Positions 26,090-40,845 of a stretch of 64,000 nt of DNA are shown here, one piece after another. Numbering within the stretch: position 1 is the first letter of the stretch; each line of letters opens with the position of its first letter. A program made the position numbers and the translations under genes. Source of the stretch: Eledone cirrhosa (Eukaryota); contig OZ024741.1 of assembly GCA_964016885.1 (NCBI GenBank), positions 274,970,001 through 275,034,000 on the forward strand, in the 5' to 3' direction. The notes beneath the pieces were generated by a model that searched no databases, was not told the origin of the DNA, and was given only the letters and a program-made list of their open reading frames with translations.

Positions 26090-27770
26090 TGTGTTGGTGG
26101 TGTTGTAGCGGTCGTTGTTGTGGTTGTGGTGGTGGTGGTGGTGGTGGTTGTTGTGTTGGTCGTGTTGTAGCGGTCGTTGTGGTTGTTGTGGTGGTGGTGG
26201 TGGTGGTTGTGTTGGTGGTGTTGTAGCGGTCGTTGTGGTTGTTGTGGTGCTAGTGGTGGTGGTGGTTGTTGTAATGGCTGTTGTGTTGGTGATGTTGTAG
26301 CCGTCGTTGTGGTTGTTGTGGTGCTAGTGGTGGTGGTGGTTGTTGTAATGGTTGTTGTGTTGGTGGTGTTGTAGCGGTCGTTGTGGTTGTTGTGGTGCTA
26401 GTGGTGGTGGTGGTTGTTGTAATGGCTGTTGTGTTGGTGTTGTTGTAGCCGTCGTTGTGGTTGTTGTGGTGCTAGTGGTGGTGGTGGTTGTTGTAATGGT
26501 TGTTGTGTTGGTGGTGTTGTAGCGGTCGTTGTGGTTGTTGTGGTGCTAGTGGTGGTGGTGGTTGTTGTAATGGTTGTTGTGTTGGTGATGTTGTAGCCGT
26601 CGTTGTGGTTGTTGTGGTGCTAGTGGTGGTGGTGGTTGTTGTAATGGTTGTTGTGTTGGTGATGTTGTAGCCGTCGTTGTGGTTGTTGTGGTGCTAGTGG
26701 TGGTGGTGGTTGTTGTGTTGGTGGTGTTGTAGCCGTCGTTGTGGTTGTTGTGGTGCTAGTGGTGGTGGTGGTTGTTGTAATGGTTGTTGTGTTGGTGATG
26801 TTGTAGCCGTCGTTGTGGTTGTTGTGGTGCTAGTGGTGGTGGTGGTTGTTGTAATGGTTGTTGGTGGTGTTGTAGCGGTCGTTGTGGTTGTTGTGGTGCT
26901 AGTGGTGGTGGTGGTTGTTGTAATGGTTGTTGTGTTGGTGGTGTTGTAGCCGTCGTTGTGGTTGTTGTGGTGCTAGTGGTGGTGGTGGTTGTTGTAATGG
27001 TTGTTGTGTTGGTGATGTTGTAGCCGTCGTTGTGGTTGTTGTGGTGCTAGTGGTGGTGGTGGTTGTTGTAATGGTTGTTGTGTTGGTGGTGTTGTAGCGG
27101 TCGTTGTGGTTGTTGTGGTGCTAGTGGTGGTGGTGGTTGTTGTAATGGTTGTTGTGTTGGTGATGTTGTAGCGGTCGTTGTGGTTGTTGTGGTGCTAGTG
27201 GTGGTGGTGGTTGTTGTAATGGTTGTTGTGTTGGTGATGTTGTAGCGGTCGTTATGGTTGTTGTGGTGGTAGTGGTGGTGGTGGTTGTTGTAATGGTTGT
27301 TGTGTTGGTGATGTTGTAGCCGTCGTTGTGGTTGTTGTGGTGCTAGTGGTGGTGGTGGTTGTTGTAATGGTTGTTGTGTTGGTGGTGTTGTAGCCGTCGT
27401 TGTGGTTGTTGTGGTGCTAGTGGTGGTGGTGGTTGTTGTAATGGTTGTTGTGTTGGTGATGTTGTAGCCGTCGTTGTGGTTGTTGTGGTGCTAGTGGTGG
27501 TGGTGGTTGTTGTAATGGTTGTTGTGTTGGTGGTGTTGTGCTAGTGGTGGTGGTGGTTGTTGTAATGGTTGTTGTTTTGGTGATGTTGTAGCGGTCGTTG
27601 TGGTTGTTGTGGTGCTAGTGGTGGTGGTGGTTGTTGTAATGGTTGTTGTGTTGGTGATGTTGTAGCCGTCGTTGTGGTTGTTGTGGTGCTAGTGGTGGTG
27701 GTGGTTGTTGTAATGGTTGTTGTGTTGGTGATGTTGTAGCCGTCGTTGTGGTTGTTGTGGTGCTAGTGGT
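26090..27770. repeat. 74-bp GTT/GGT-based minisatellite
   Basis: Unit gtagccgtcgttgtggttgttgtggtgctagtggtggtggtggttgttgtaatggttgttgtgttggtgatgtt, e.g. starts at 26519 and 26593. Confidence 0.9.
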
Positions 27771-28820
27771 GGTTGTTGTGTTGGTGATGTAGCGATCGTT
27801 GTGATTGTTGTTGTAGTTGTCGTTGTTGTGCTGCTGGTGGTGATGGTGATTGTGATGATGGTGGTTGTTGCTGTTGTTGTGATGATTGTTGTGTTGTTGA
27901 TGTTGTAGTGATCGTTGTGATAGTGGTTGTTGTTGTTCTTATAGTATTGTTTGTGCGGTTTTTGTAAATCAGTATTATGTTGTTGTAGTTGTTGTTGTTG
28001 TAATGTTGTAGTTGTTGTTGTAGTTGTTGTTGTAATGCTGTAGTTGTTGTTGTTGTAATGCTGTAGTTGTTGTTGTTGTTGCTGCTGTTGTTGCTGTTGT
28101 TGTTGTTGTTGTTGTTGTTAATGTTGTTTTGTTGAAAATTATTAATGTTGTTCTTGTTATGTGTGAATGTGTTTGTGTATGCGCACATGAGTGTGTGTGT
28201 GTATGAGTGTGTGTGTGATTGTGTGCATGTGTATGTGCATATGAGTGTGTGTGTGTCTATGTGTGTGTGTATGAGTATGTGCACGTATCTATAAGAGGGC
28301 GTATATATGTGTGTATGTGCACATATATGTATGTGTATATATGTGTGCACATACGTGTATGAGAGCGTATATGTGTATGTGCACGTGTGGTGTGTGTATA
28401 TGTGCATATTTGTTTATGAGAGCACATACATGTGTGTGTGTGTGTGTGTGTGTACATGCATGTATATATGAGTGTATATATATGTGTATATATGTGTACA
28501 CATATGTGTATGAGAGCATATGTGCACGTGTGTGTGCATATTTGTATATGAGAGCGCATACATATGTGTGTGTGTGTGTACATGTATGTATATACATATA
28601 TATGAGTGTATATATGTGTGTGTATATATGTTTGTATATGTGCACGTATGTATAAGAGGGCGTATATGTGTGTGTATGTGCACGTCTATCTGTATATATT
28701 TGTACATGTGTGTATGAGAGCGTGTGTATGTAATTGTTGTGCTTGTGTTGTTGTTGTTGTTGTTGGTGGCGGTGGTGGTATTTAACGAGAGGTCAAGCCT
28801 TACCAAGCAGACCTATCAGC

Positions 28821-29168
28821 AATAGACGTTCCAGCCGTGACCATCCAAACAGTTGTATATGTTGGACTACAGATGTCAAATATATCCTGTGATAGACGTA
28901 CCAACCGTGACCATCCATACAGTTGTATATGTTGGACTACAGATGTCAAATATATCCTGTGACATACGTTCCAGCCGTAACCATCTATACAGTTGTATAT
29001 CTTGGACTACAGATGTCAAATATATCCTGTGATAGACGTTCCAACCGTGACCATCCATACAGTTGTATATCTTGGACTACAGATGTGGAATATATCCTGT
29101 GATAGACGTACCAACCGTGACCATCCAAACAGTTGTATATCTTGGACTACAGATGTGGAATATATCCT
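28821..29168. repeat. 70-bp tandem repeat, 5 copies, inside a dispersed repeat
   Basis: Units start at 28821, 28891, 28961, 29031 and 29101. Confidence 0.9.
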
Positions 29169-29304
29169 TTGTTTTTTTAATAAAGTAGGCTATGATGAGG
29201 GTAGTTTGGCTACTATTTCTAGCAGACACAAGTGACCGCAGGGATGCTATTTCTCTGGCTCTTGTTTAGTGTCGTTGTTGTTATTGTTGTTGTTGTTGTT
29301 GCAA

Positions 29305-29518
29305 TGGGTTGGCAGAATCGGTAGAGCTTCGGACGGACAAAATGTGTTGCGGTATTTAGTTACAACCTCAGAGTTCAAATTCCACCGAAGTTAAGTTTGT
29401 CTTTCATGCTTCCGGGGTCGATAAAATAAAGTACCAGTAATACACGAGGGTTGATTTCATAGACTTTCACCTTCTCCTAAATTGTTGGCCTTGTGTCAAT
29501 GGTAGAAAGAATCATTAT
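29305..29518 (+). mobile_element. tRNA-derived SINE, older or longer subfamily
   Basis: tggcagaatcgg A box, gagttcaaattcc B box, ggggtcgataaaataaagtaccag core. Confidence 0.75.
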
Positions 29519-29645
29519 TGTTGTTGTTGTTGTTGTTAATGTTGTTGTTATTGTTATCGTTGCTGCTGCTGTTGTTGCTGTTGTTGTTATTGTTGTTATT
29601 GTGGCTGTTGTTGTTGTTAATGTGGCTGTTGTTGTTATTGTTATC

Positions 29646-29681
<36 letters not shown>

Positions 29682-29912
29682 AATGATGCTGCTGCTGCTG
29701 TTGCTGTTGTTGTCATTGTTGCTGTTATTTTTATTGTTGTTGCTGTTATTGTTATTGTCTGTTGTTGTTATTATTATTGTTGCTGTTGTTGTTATTGTTG
29801 TTGTTGTTGTTGTTGTTGTTGTTATTGTTGTTGCTGTTGTTGTGGCTGTTGTTATTATTATTGTTGTTGTTGTTGTTATTGTTGTTGCTGTTGTTGTTGT
29901 TATTGTTGTTGC

Positions 29913-29946
<34 letters not shown>

Positions 29947-30207
29947 GATTTGCAAAGTCATTATGGTGTCAGTTACAACACTCTCCAGGTGCGTTTGTCC
30001 CGATTCTCTAAACGTTCTGAGTTCAAATCCCGTCCAGGCCAACTTCGCCCTTCATCCTTTTGATAAATAAAGTAGAAATAAAGTATGAGTCGAGTACCAG
30101 TGTGGATTCTTTTCATTGTCTCCCATATATATGTGTTTGTGCATGTGTATTGTGTGTATGTGTGAAATACACCAGCCATATGCACATTAATCTAATAAGA
30201 TGGTAGT

Positions 30208-30239
<32 letters not shown>

Positions 30240-30247
30240 GCAGTAAA

Positions 30248-30366
30248 TGCTTACGGCACGTAGGGTTCCCAAGTGGTCACCCATCTAAGTACTAACTAGG
30301 TTCGACGTTGCTTAACTTCGGTGATCGGACGAGAACCGGTGTTTTCAGCGTGATATGGCCGTAAAT
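30248..30366 (-). rRNA. Full-length 5S rRNA-like copy (dispersed, probably a pseudogene)
   Basis: Minus strand atttacggccatatcacgctgaaaacaccggttctcgtccgatcaccgaagttaagcaacgtcg...tagtacttagatgggtgacc...ccgtaagca followed by ttt. Confidence 0.85.
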
Positions 30367-30382
30367 ATATATATATATATAT

Positions 30383-30415
<33 letters not shown>

Positions 30416-30469
30416 AATATATATTTACATATATATATATATATATATTTACATATATATATATTTATG

Positions 30470-30582
<113 letters not shown>

Positions 30583-31070
30583 AGTGGGTGTAACTCGATG
30601 TTTAGGTGGTTCACTTCTGTGATGATGTGTAGAGCTATACAGAGTGTAAAATATAGAAAGGATAAAAAGGACGATTGATTATTCCTTCATTGCATTTATT
30701 GATAGGTGACGCGCGTTTCGCCACTGATCAGTTCTAAATAAAATATTTTTTCCTCGTACATATTTTTCCCTTCGTTAATTTTCAAATTCTTTTAATTTAT
30801 ACATTATCTTCCAACGGTTTTCAACCTCTCTATGTAAAACAATATATCTTCTCTCAGTTATAAAAACTATCTCTTTCTCTCTATCACCCATCTCTCCCTC
30901 TCCACCTTCACTCTCATCTCCTCCCCTTTTTCATCGTTTCCACCCCACCCCCCTCTCTAAATAAAATATTTTTCCCAATATCACACATCAATCTAAAACT
31001 ACTTTTCATATGTTGATTTAAAACTGCACTATCCACAAGTGTTTTTTAGCCTTCATATCATGTTCTCCTG

Positions 31071-31137
31071 TTTTATCTGATGAAAACACAAATATTATTG
31101 CATGATGATGTTTGTTTTTGAAATGCGCATAATAAAA
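31071..31137 (+). ncRNA. Minimal type-I hammerhead ribozyme
   Basis: TTTTAT-CTGATGA-AAACACAAATATTATT..GATGATGTTTGTTTTT-GAA-ATGCGCAT-A-ATAAAA. Confidence 0.8.
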
Positions 31138-31169
31138 TACATGGAACTCCTTTAACCATCTTTTGATCT

Positions 31170-31267
<98 letters not shown>

Positions 31268-31298
31268 TTACGGCCATATATATATATATATACATATA

Positions 31299-31470
31299 TA
31301 TTAACAAATGGAAACTATATTTATAAAACCATATTTATAAAACCATATTCATAAATATAGTTTCCATTTGTTAATATCGTATTTTTACTCCAAATACATG
31401 TCGAGTGCTTTATATCAGTTATAAAAATATTTGCTTGTTGTATCCCAACAATTTAAATAGAACTTTTACA
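31299..31470 (+). mobile_element. Fold-back family B copy (short arms plus tail)
   Basis: tattaacaaatggaaactatatttat / ataaatatagtttccatttgttaata followed by the same tail as 44130-44218. Confidence 0.75.
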
Positions 31471-31482
31471 TATATATATATA

Positions 31483-31650
31483 TAAGTATTGAAGTTTCCG
31501 TTGAAAATTGAAAAAGTCATAGGAGTGAAGAGTGCTCTATGTAAAGTATTGTCTGACGAACGAATGCCCACGTTTCTTGTACTCGTCTTATTCTGGAAAC
31601 CTCTGGTAATGAGGTAATTATATTGTATTGTTTATTTATTATACATTATG
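31483..31650. mobile_element. Family G remnant with hammerhead-like motif at 31549-31612
   Basis: Shares ends with 36240-36390; CTGACGA...GAA-ACCTCTGGT-A with weak stems. Confidence 0.55.
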
Positions 31651-31925
31651 TATATATATATATACATACATGTATATATACACACACACACTCGCATATT
31701 TATATATATATACATGTATACACACACACACACGCGCACACTCTCATATATATATTTATATATATATATAATTAAAAGTTTAACAAGGTTCAATGAATTC
31801 ATCAATGAATAAAGTTTCACAATAGATTAGAAGCACTCTACAGGAAAGGTTTTCTGGAGTTATTAATACTGCCATGACTAAATTATAACCATCAACATAG
31901 TCAAGGTATGTCAGGCATCAACTTG

Positions 31926-31987
31926 TTTTATCTGATGAGGACGTACTGTTGAAATAGCTCAGTACCTCTGAAATATGTATAATAAAA
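31926..31987 (+). ncRNA. Minimal type-I hammerhead ribozyme (B-related; element 31771-32020)
   Basis: TTTTAT-CTGATGA-GGACGTACTG..CAGTACCTCT-GAA-ATATGTAT-A-ATAAAA. Confidence 0.82.
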
Positions 31988-32033
31988 TATATTTTATCAC
32001 ATGAATGTCTATATTTATTAATATTTTGAAGTA

Positions 32034-32073
<40 letters not shown>

Positions 32074-32436
32074 TCGTGTGTGTGTATAAATATATATATA
32101 TATATATAAGCGCGTGTCTATATCTGTGTATGTGTGTATATATGTGTTGAGTGAACACCTGAATAGTCATCGTCGCGATCGATGGAAGATGTATCACCAC
32201 CATTAGTACTGGTGTTGTTGTTGTTGTTGCTGTTATTATATTTGTTAGTGCTGTTGTTATTAATTTTGTTGTTGTTGTTGTTGTTGCTAGCTACTGTTAT
32301 GGTTGTTGCTGTTGTTACCTTTATTACTGTTGTTGCTGTTGTTGCTGTTGTACACCACGAGACGAGAAAACATCTATGTGGTCACTCCGAATGCTAGAAA
32401 CAGCAGCCAAATATCTCTTAAATTACAACATACTAA

Positions 32437-32618
32437 TAATTGTTTCTACTTTTGGCACAAGGCCAGCAATTACCCAGTACATTACTGGTACTTTATTTTA
32501 TCGACCCTGTAAGGATGAAAGGCAAAGTTAACCTCGGCGGGATTTGAACTCAGAATGGCAAGGGCTGTAACTCTATGCGTCAAAGCATGGCGTCCGACCC
32601 TCTACCGATACTGCCAAT
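32437..32618 (-). mobile_element. tRNA-derived SINE
   Basis: Near-identical to 17826-18012. Confidence 0.88.
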
Positions 32619-32675
32619 CGTCTCAGAAATAAGACGGGGTGCTCACGGTTGGATTGTTTTAATAAAGAACAAACC

Positions 32676-33780
32676 GCCACACCACAACACACTACACCAC
32701 ATCGCACTACACTACACCTCACATCACACTACACCACACAACATATCACACTACTCTACAACACACATCACACTACAACACACAACACATCACACTACTC
32801 TACAACACACATCACACTACACTACAACACACATCACACTACACTACAACATACATCACACTACACCACATAACACATCACAGTACACCACACAACACAT
32901 CACACTACACTACAACACACATCACACTACACCACACAACACTTCACACTTCACTACAACACACATCACACTACACCACACAACACATCACACTACTCTA
33001 CAACACACATCACACTACACTACAACACACATCACACTACACTACAACACACATCACACTACACCACATAACACATCACACTACACCACACAACACATCA
33101 CACTACACTACAACACACATCACACTACACCACACAACACTTCACACTTCACTACAACACACATCACACTACACCACACAACACTTCACACTACACTACA
33201 ACACACATCACACTACACCACCACCACAACTACACCAACATCACTACTCCACCACTACACCACCATAACACCAGCACTACACCACCACCACCACTACGCC
33301 AACATCACTACATCACCACCACTACACCACCATTACACCACCACTACACCACCACCACCACTACACCAACATCACTACTCCACAACTACACCACCATAAC
33401 ACCACCACTACACCACCACCACCACTACACCAACATCACTACATCACCACCACTACACCACCACTACACCACCATTACACCATCACCACCACTACACCAC
33501 CACCACTACACCAATATCACTACTACACCACCATAACACCACCACTACACCAGCACTACACCACCACCACCACTACACCACCACTACACCACCATTACAC
33601 CATCACCACCACTACACCATCACCACCACTACATCACCACCACTACATCACCACTACACCACCACTACACCACCATTACACCACCATTACACCACCACTA
33701 CACCACCATTACACCATCACCACCACTGCACCACCACTACACCACCATTACACCATCACCACCACTACACCACCACCATT
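32676..33780. repeat. CAC/ACT low-complexity tandem repeat
   Basis: acacatcacactac and caccaccactac units. Confidence 0.9.
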
Positions 33781-34040
33781 CCATATCTCTATACAGATCA
33801 ATGACACGTTCAATGAATATCCCCCGGGGTCTTGTAATCAGGTAATGTCTCACTGCATGTGTGTGAGTGTCTATATACATCTGTGTGTGTGAGTGTGTAT
33901 AGACATGTGTGTGTCTGTGTGTATATAAATCTGTGTGTGTGTGTGTGTGTGTGTGTGAACGTGTATACATATGTGTGTGTGAATTTGTATATACATCTAT
34001 GTGTGTGTGTGTCACTATATATATATATAGAGAGAGAGAG

Positions 34041-34084
<44 letters not shown>

Positions 34085-34115
34085 GAATGTTTAGATATAT
34101 TTACATCCACTCACA

Positions 34116-34492
34116 GGTCGAATGGTGGTTGGCGGTGATGAAATAGAGGAGGTGGAGGAATACGTCTACCTAGGACAAGAAGTGAACATGCGCCGAGACA
34201 TTGAGAGGAAGATCTCGCGGAGAGTAAGGGCCGGATGGAAGGCGTTCAACGGCATAAGGGATGTGCTCAAGGGGAGGTTGGACAAGACCACCTGCGCCAA
34301 CCTCTTCAATAGCACAGTTTTACCTGCAATGTTATCTGGCAGTGAAACTTGGGCTACAACGAAGAGAGAAGAGCAGAGGCTGGTAACGGCTCAAAGAGCC
34401 ATGGAGAGATCAATGCTAGGAATCTCGTTGAGAGAGCACATCAGGAGCGAAGTCATCAGACAGAAGTCCGGCGTGAGGGACGTCATCACGGA
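34116..34492 (+). mobile_element. RTE-clade LINE fragment (post-RT region)
   Basis: EIEEVEEYVYLGQ...ISRRVRAGWKAF...LFNSTVLPAMLSGSETW...AQRAMERSMLGISLREHIRSEVIRQKSGV. Confidence 0.85.
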
Positions 34493-34509
34493 ATATATAT
34501 ATATTTATA

Positions 34510-35051
34510 GTTATACTTTGGGAGGGTCATGTTGCCAATAAGAAACTCACGCACCAGTTGCTTTCACTCCAATTTATTATAAATTAAATTTATAAATTTC
34601 CGGTTGGTTGGTTCCATAACCGGACGGTTGTTCATATATTGTCAAAGTTCTTTCGTCACATTCTGTGACCTCTTCAGTGACTGGGGATTCTTTTCTTTGT
34701 TTTGTGCCTCTCCTTTGTTCTGTCTTACGCCATCTTTTTTTTTTTTTGTTTGAAAAAAAAACAAGATGGCCGTAGGACAGAACAAAGGAGAGGCACAAAA
34801 CAAAGAAAAGAATCCCCAGTCACTGAAGAGGTCACAGAATGTGTGACGAAAGAACTTTGACAATATATGAACAACCGTCCGGTTATGGAACCAACCAACC
34901 GGAAATTTATAAATTTAATTTATAATAAATTGGAGTGAAAGCAACTGGTGCGTGAGTTTCTTATTGGCAACATGACCCTCCCAATGTATAACAATATCGG
35001 TTTCAACACACGTTTTCAGATAAAGAATCTTGCTAAACAAATTCAGAAACG

Positions 35052-35054
<3 letters not shown>
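34510..35054 (+). mobile_element. Fold-back family C: ~230-bp near-perfect palindrome plus ~60-nt tail
   Basis: 34510-34735 is the reverse complement of 34762-34992; relatives at 48879-49052, 50282-50574, 24226-24331 and 24855-24922. Confidence 0.85.
34819..34861 (+). ncRNA. Minimal hammerhead motif (mirror copy at 34641-34681 on minus strand)
   Basis: GTCA-CTGAAGA-G-GTCACA..TGTGAC-GAA-AGAACT-T-TGAC. Confidence 0.7.
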
Positions 35055-35092
<38 letters not shown>

Positions 35093-35220
35093 TAAAAAGG
35101 AAAAGAAAAATGCTGACAAATTTTTCCCAGTGAAAATAGTTTAATTAGGAATAAGTATAAATTAGTAATAAGTATTAGTTAGTATTCAGTTTTAGTTTTA
35201 AGTTTTTACCGGTTGCGGTA

Positions 35221-35384
35221 AAAAATAATTGAGATAGAGTGCTCGTGATTTTCAAAAATAATTGAGATAGAGTGCTCGTGATTTTCAAAAATAATTGAGA
35301 TAGAGTGCTCGTGATTTTCAAAAATAATTGAGATAGAGTGCTCGTGATTTTCAAAAATAATTGAGATAGAGTGCCCGTGATTTT
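35221..35384. repeat. 33-bp tandem repeat, 5 copies
   Basis: aaaaataattgagatagagtgctcgtgattttc. Confidence 0.92.
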
Positions 35385-35775
35385 TGCTCTAATCTGATCA
35401 GTTTTGGAAATTCTTCCTGTTTTATATGAAAAAAAGTGGCTTGGAAGGTATTAAAATAAATTTCGCGCCAATTCGTGTTGCAAAAATTCTTATAGTCAAA
35501 ACATGTGTGTGTGGGGGGGGGGGGGGTATACATATGGAGATAGAGATAACTATATACATATACAAATCTCTCTCTCTCTCTCTCTCTCTCTGTGACTATT
35601 TTGCTCTCTTATTCTTTTGCTAGTTTCATTCACTCACTTCCTCCGGTCATACTGGAGCACTAATTCAAGGAATTTAGTTAATCATATCGACCGAAGCACA
35701 TTTTTTTATCAATCTTGTTTGTCGTACTGCTATCTAACAGTGAACCAACCGAAATAGGAGCCATTATTACAACAC

Positions 35776-35957
35776 GGTGGATTGGCAGTATCGGTAGAGA
35801 GTCGGACACCATGCTTTGAAGCATAGAGTTACGTCCCTTTATGATCTGAGTTCAAATCCCGCCGAGGTTAACTTTGCCTTTCATCCTTACGGGGTCGATA
35901 AAATAAAGTACCAGTAATGTACTGTAATTTGCTGGCCTTGTGCCTAAAATAGAAACA
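35776..35957 (+). mobile_element. tRNA-derived SINE, full length with 13-bp TSD
   Basis: A box tggcagtatcgg, B box gagttcaaatccc; TSD attattacaacac at 35763-35775 and 35958-35970. Confidence 0.92.
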
Positions 35958-36081
35958 ATTATTACAACACCCCACCCCACCACACTACCACATCTCTAAA
36001 CCACAACACCACTTGTTTGTGTGTATTGAACAATAAAAGAAAGGTCGAAGATGTGTTCTTAATTAGTTTTTAATTAGTTCA

Positions 36082-36210
36082 GTCTTACGATTGTTTCAGA
36101 GGGTTGATTGATCATGGTTAATCGAAGTATCGACTGGCAGGTAATGGTTATGTCGTTACCTGTTTCTAACCTTAAAATCCTTGATCTATCGCACCGTCTT
36201 TCTCAGAAAC
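36082..36210 (-). ncRNA. Degenerate long-stem-II hammerhead motif
   Basis: Minus strand GTTT-CTGAGAA-AGACGGT..GATCA...TGATCAATCAACCCTCT-GAA-ACAATCGT-A-AGAC. Confidence 0.5.
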
Positions 36211-36239
36211 AATAAACAATATATAATATATATATATAT

Positions 36240-36499
<260 letters not shown>

Positions 36500-36626
36500 C
36501 ATATAGTTAGTTCCACGACAAAATAGCAAACCATACTAGAAGGCGCGCATTTCCCCGAACGAAATGAGTTGGGGAGTATAAGCCAACGAAACTTACGTAC
36601 TTGTTAATGTCACTGTTGTAACTAAT

Positions 36627-36658
<32 letters not shown>

Positions 36659-36866
36659 TATATATTATATATATATTTCTAACTACCACCAGGTACACTA
36701 CACCTTAAGGCCTTCCACGCAGTCTCTGTCTTCCATTTGACAGGCTTTGTCAAAAGAGATTTTTGACCAATATATATCAATTTGAAAAAGTGACCCGCGG
36801 AGGTAAGATCATATAAAATTAATCCAATAAGTTGTGCGAAGACAAAGATCCATCGACCGCTGGATA

Positions 36867-37021
36867 GGTGGATTGGCAGTATCGGTAGAGGGTCGGACGC
36901 CATGCTTTGACGCATAGAGTTACGGCCGAGGTTAACTTTGCCTTTCATCCTTACGGGGTCGATAAAATAAAGTACCAGTAATGCACTGCGTAATTGCTGG
37001 CCTTGTGCCAAAAGTAGAAAC

Positions 37022-37026
<5 letters not shown>
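36867..37026 (+). mobile_element. tRNA-derived SINE with B-box region deleted
   Basis: gagttacggccgaggttaac junction removes ~30 nt relative to the 35776 copy. Confidence 0.85.
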
Positions 37027-37109
<83 letters not shown>

Positions 37110-37368
37110 GGTCTTTGGTGCGGAGACCGAGGAGATCACTAATCACGGGAGTACTTGGTGCATGGTGAGATGCCGGAGTGGGTATATATATATATATTTA
37201 ATACATTAACAGAGAAAGCTTTAAGCAATACTCCGACCGGCTTCCGTCTCACTCAACAAACATTAGGATATACCTTAGTATAATCCCAATTATACTTTTG
37301 GGGTGCTAACTATACGTATTTTGCGGATAGCCAGTTGTATTATTTTATATGAGACATAATTAAATACA

Positions 37369-37400
<32 letters not shown>

Positions 37401-38215
37401 AAAAGATGTGGTAAGATTCCAGATGGACCATACCACACCAGAATACTCGATAATAAGGGTAATATTAAAAGAGTCAGGAGATGAACCGTCGGGGTCCTGA
37501 CTCTTTTCATATATATGTATATATATATATATGTGTGTGAGTGTGTGTGTGTGTATGTATATATATATATAATTGTTTCTACATTTAGTGCGAGGCCAAC
37601 AATTTGAAAGGATGGGGAAAGTCGATTAAATCGACTAAACTCAGAACGTAAAGGGCCATAACTCTATGCCACAAAACCTGACCGACGCTCCACCGATTAT
37701 TGCCAAAGGCCATAACTATATGCCACAAAGCATGTTGTCCGACGCTCTACCAATTAATGTCCAATATATCAACAGTTTGACTTAGTTGTGTATTAACAAC
37801 CGTTTCTAAAATGTTACAGGAATAAATCAAACTATTTATATAAATACTCTAAACTTCCAGATTCTATGTTGATTGCCCTTTTCTTAGATGTATATGTACA
37901 CCTATATATATATATACACCTATATATACACATACACTTATATATATATATACACCTATATATATACATACACACCTATATAAACACATACACCTATATA
38001 TATATATATACATACACCTATATATATATATACATACACCTATATATATATATATACATACACCTATATATATACATACACCTATATATATACATACACA
38101 TATATATACACACACCTATATATATACACACACCTATATATATATATACATACACCTATATATATATACACCTATATATATATATATAGATACACATTCA
38201 ATATATACACATTCA

Positions 38216-38278
<63 letters not shown>

Positions 38279-39465
38279 ACACCTAATATACATATACACC
38301 TATATATATATATACACACCTATATATATATATATATATATATACACACTTATATATATATACACACACCTATATATACACATGCACATATATATATACA
38401 CACCTATATATATATACACACCTATATATACACGCACCTATATATATACACACACCTATATATACAGATACATATATATATACACACCTATATATATACA
38501 CACACCTATATATACACATGCACATATATATATACACACCTATATATATATATATACACACACCTATATATAGACATGCACATATATATACACACACCTA
38601 TATATATATATATATTTATATACACACCTATATATACACATGCACATATATATATATACACACCTATATATATATATATACACACCTATATAAACACGCA
38701 CCTATATATACACACGCCTATATATATATATATATATAATATGTATTTACTTTTGAGAGATAGATAGATAAATCTATGTATGTATATAAATATTTATACT
38801 TATATATATATATATATATATATACAGACGCACGCATACACACACATACATACAAAAGCACATATATTGTATGTGCTTTTGTATGTATGTGTGGTGTGTA
38901 TGCGTGCGTCTGTATGTATAAGCACCACGAAGGTATATTATGTATGCATTTGTGTATAGGGACTTGTGGGAATAAACATATATATGTATACATATCAGGG
39001 TGTGTATATCATTGTGTTTGTATGTATGTGTACATGTGTACGTGTGTATGTATGTGTGTGTATCTATATGTGTGTATGTGTGTACGTATATGTGTGTATG
39101 TATGCGTGTATGTATGTTGGACTAGATATATACTTATCAGTAAGTGTATATATACTTGTGTGTGTGTGTACGTTGATATACTGGTGTATGTGTGTATGCG
39201 TGTATGCGTATTTGTTGGTAAGGGCTTGTGGGACTAGATATATACTTATGAGTGTGTTTATATACTTGAGTGTGTGTATGTGTGTGTACATGTGTGTGTA
39301 TACGTATGTGTGTATGTTTATGTATACGTGTGTGTGTACGTGTGTGTGTGTATGCGTGTGTGTATACAGTGTAATTAGAAATGTGTTGATAAATAGACTT
39401 TGACAGTAAGATAAATAGATCGATTGATTAATATGTATATGTATGTTTGTGTGTATCTGTGTGTG

Positions 39466-39514
<49 letters not shown>

Positions 39515-40744
39515 TTATTAGTGTCTTTTGGTTACATTGTGGTCTGTATGTCTATGTGTATATCTATGTGTGTGTGTGGATGTAAATATGTATGTGTGTG
39601 TAGTTATGAGTGTCTTTTGTGTGTATACTTGTCTGTATGTCTGTGTGAGTGTAAATATGTATGTATGTAGGTTAGTGTATGTTTAAGCTTCTCTATATGG
39701 CAGTCTGTGTTTGTCTCTGTAGCCTTTTGTTTACACACACTTGCACACACATACGTGTCTGTGTACATACATACATGCATACATACATACATGCATACAT
39801 ACATACATGCATGCATGCATACATACATACTTACATACATACATGCATACATACATACTTACATACACACATGCATACATACATATATACATACATACAT
39901 ACATACATGAATACATACATATATACATGCATGCATACATACATATATACATGCATACATGCATGCATACATACATATATACATGCATGCATGCATACAT
40001 ACATATATACATGCATGCATACATACATATATACATGCATGCATGCATACATACATATATACATGCATGCATACATACATATATACATGCATACATACGT
40101 GCATACATACATGCATACATATATACATACATATATACATACATGCATACATACATACATAAATACATGCATACTTATATGCATACATACATACATACAT
40201 ACATACATACATACATACATACATACATACGTGTGTGTGTGTGTTTGTAAGTGAATGCTATGACAACCAAGTCCGAAGGAGCACATGATTGGATGATGTA
40301 GCAGTCACTTTAGTTAAAGATCTATTACCATATCGTCCGTCGAATGTCTGGTATAATCAAAACATGAAACTACTGAGAAACAATATTCCAGGTTTGTGGT
40401 CCCCATCTTGGATTCATATGTACCCAAAGGGTTATAAACAGACAGACACACACACACACACACACACACATACACACACACACACACACACACCGAACTT
40501 AAATTCATAGAAATCTGGGACTTGTCTCCTTCTTCCTCACTTTCTGTTGCCTCACCATTTTGTTTGTTTACCCTCGTGTCCCCTTTATTTACGTGTCCCA
40601 ACGACTTTTTTTAGCCGTTGCTCGCACCAACCGGAGGTATATGGTCTTTAAAGCGATGAAATGCCTATGATAGTTGGAAGATCACTGATGAAGGAGAAAC
40701 TTTTTTCATATGTAACCCATTTGCAACTCCGCAGCGCCCTTATT

Positions 40745-40790
<46 letters not shown>

Positions 40791-40845
40791 TATAGTGAAA
40801 GAGTGAATAATAACATGGTCGGCTGTACAAAAAGGTTTTATTTAC

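Noticed and set aside
35776-35860. tRNA gene
   Set aside because: A and B boxes belong to a multi-copy SINE head with no complete cloverleaf
40685-40710. CTGATGA followed by GAAAC as a hammerhead
   Set aside because: Only 4 nt separate the core halves and no stem I or II can be formed
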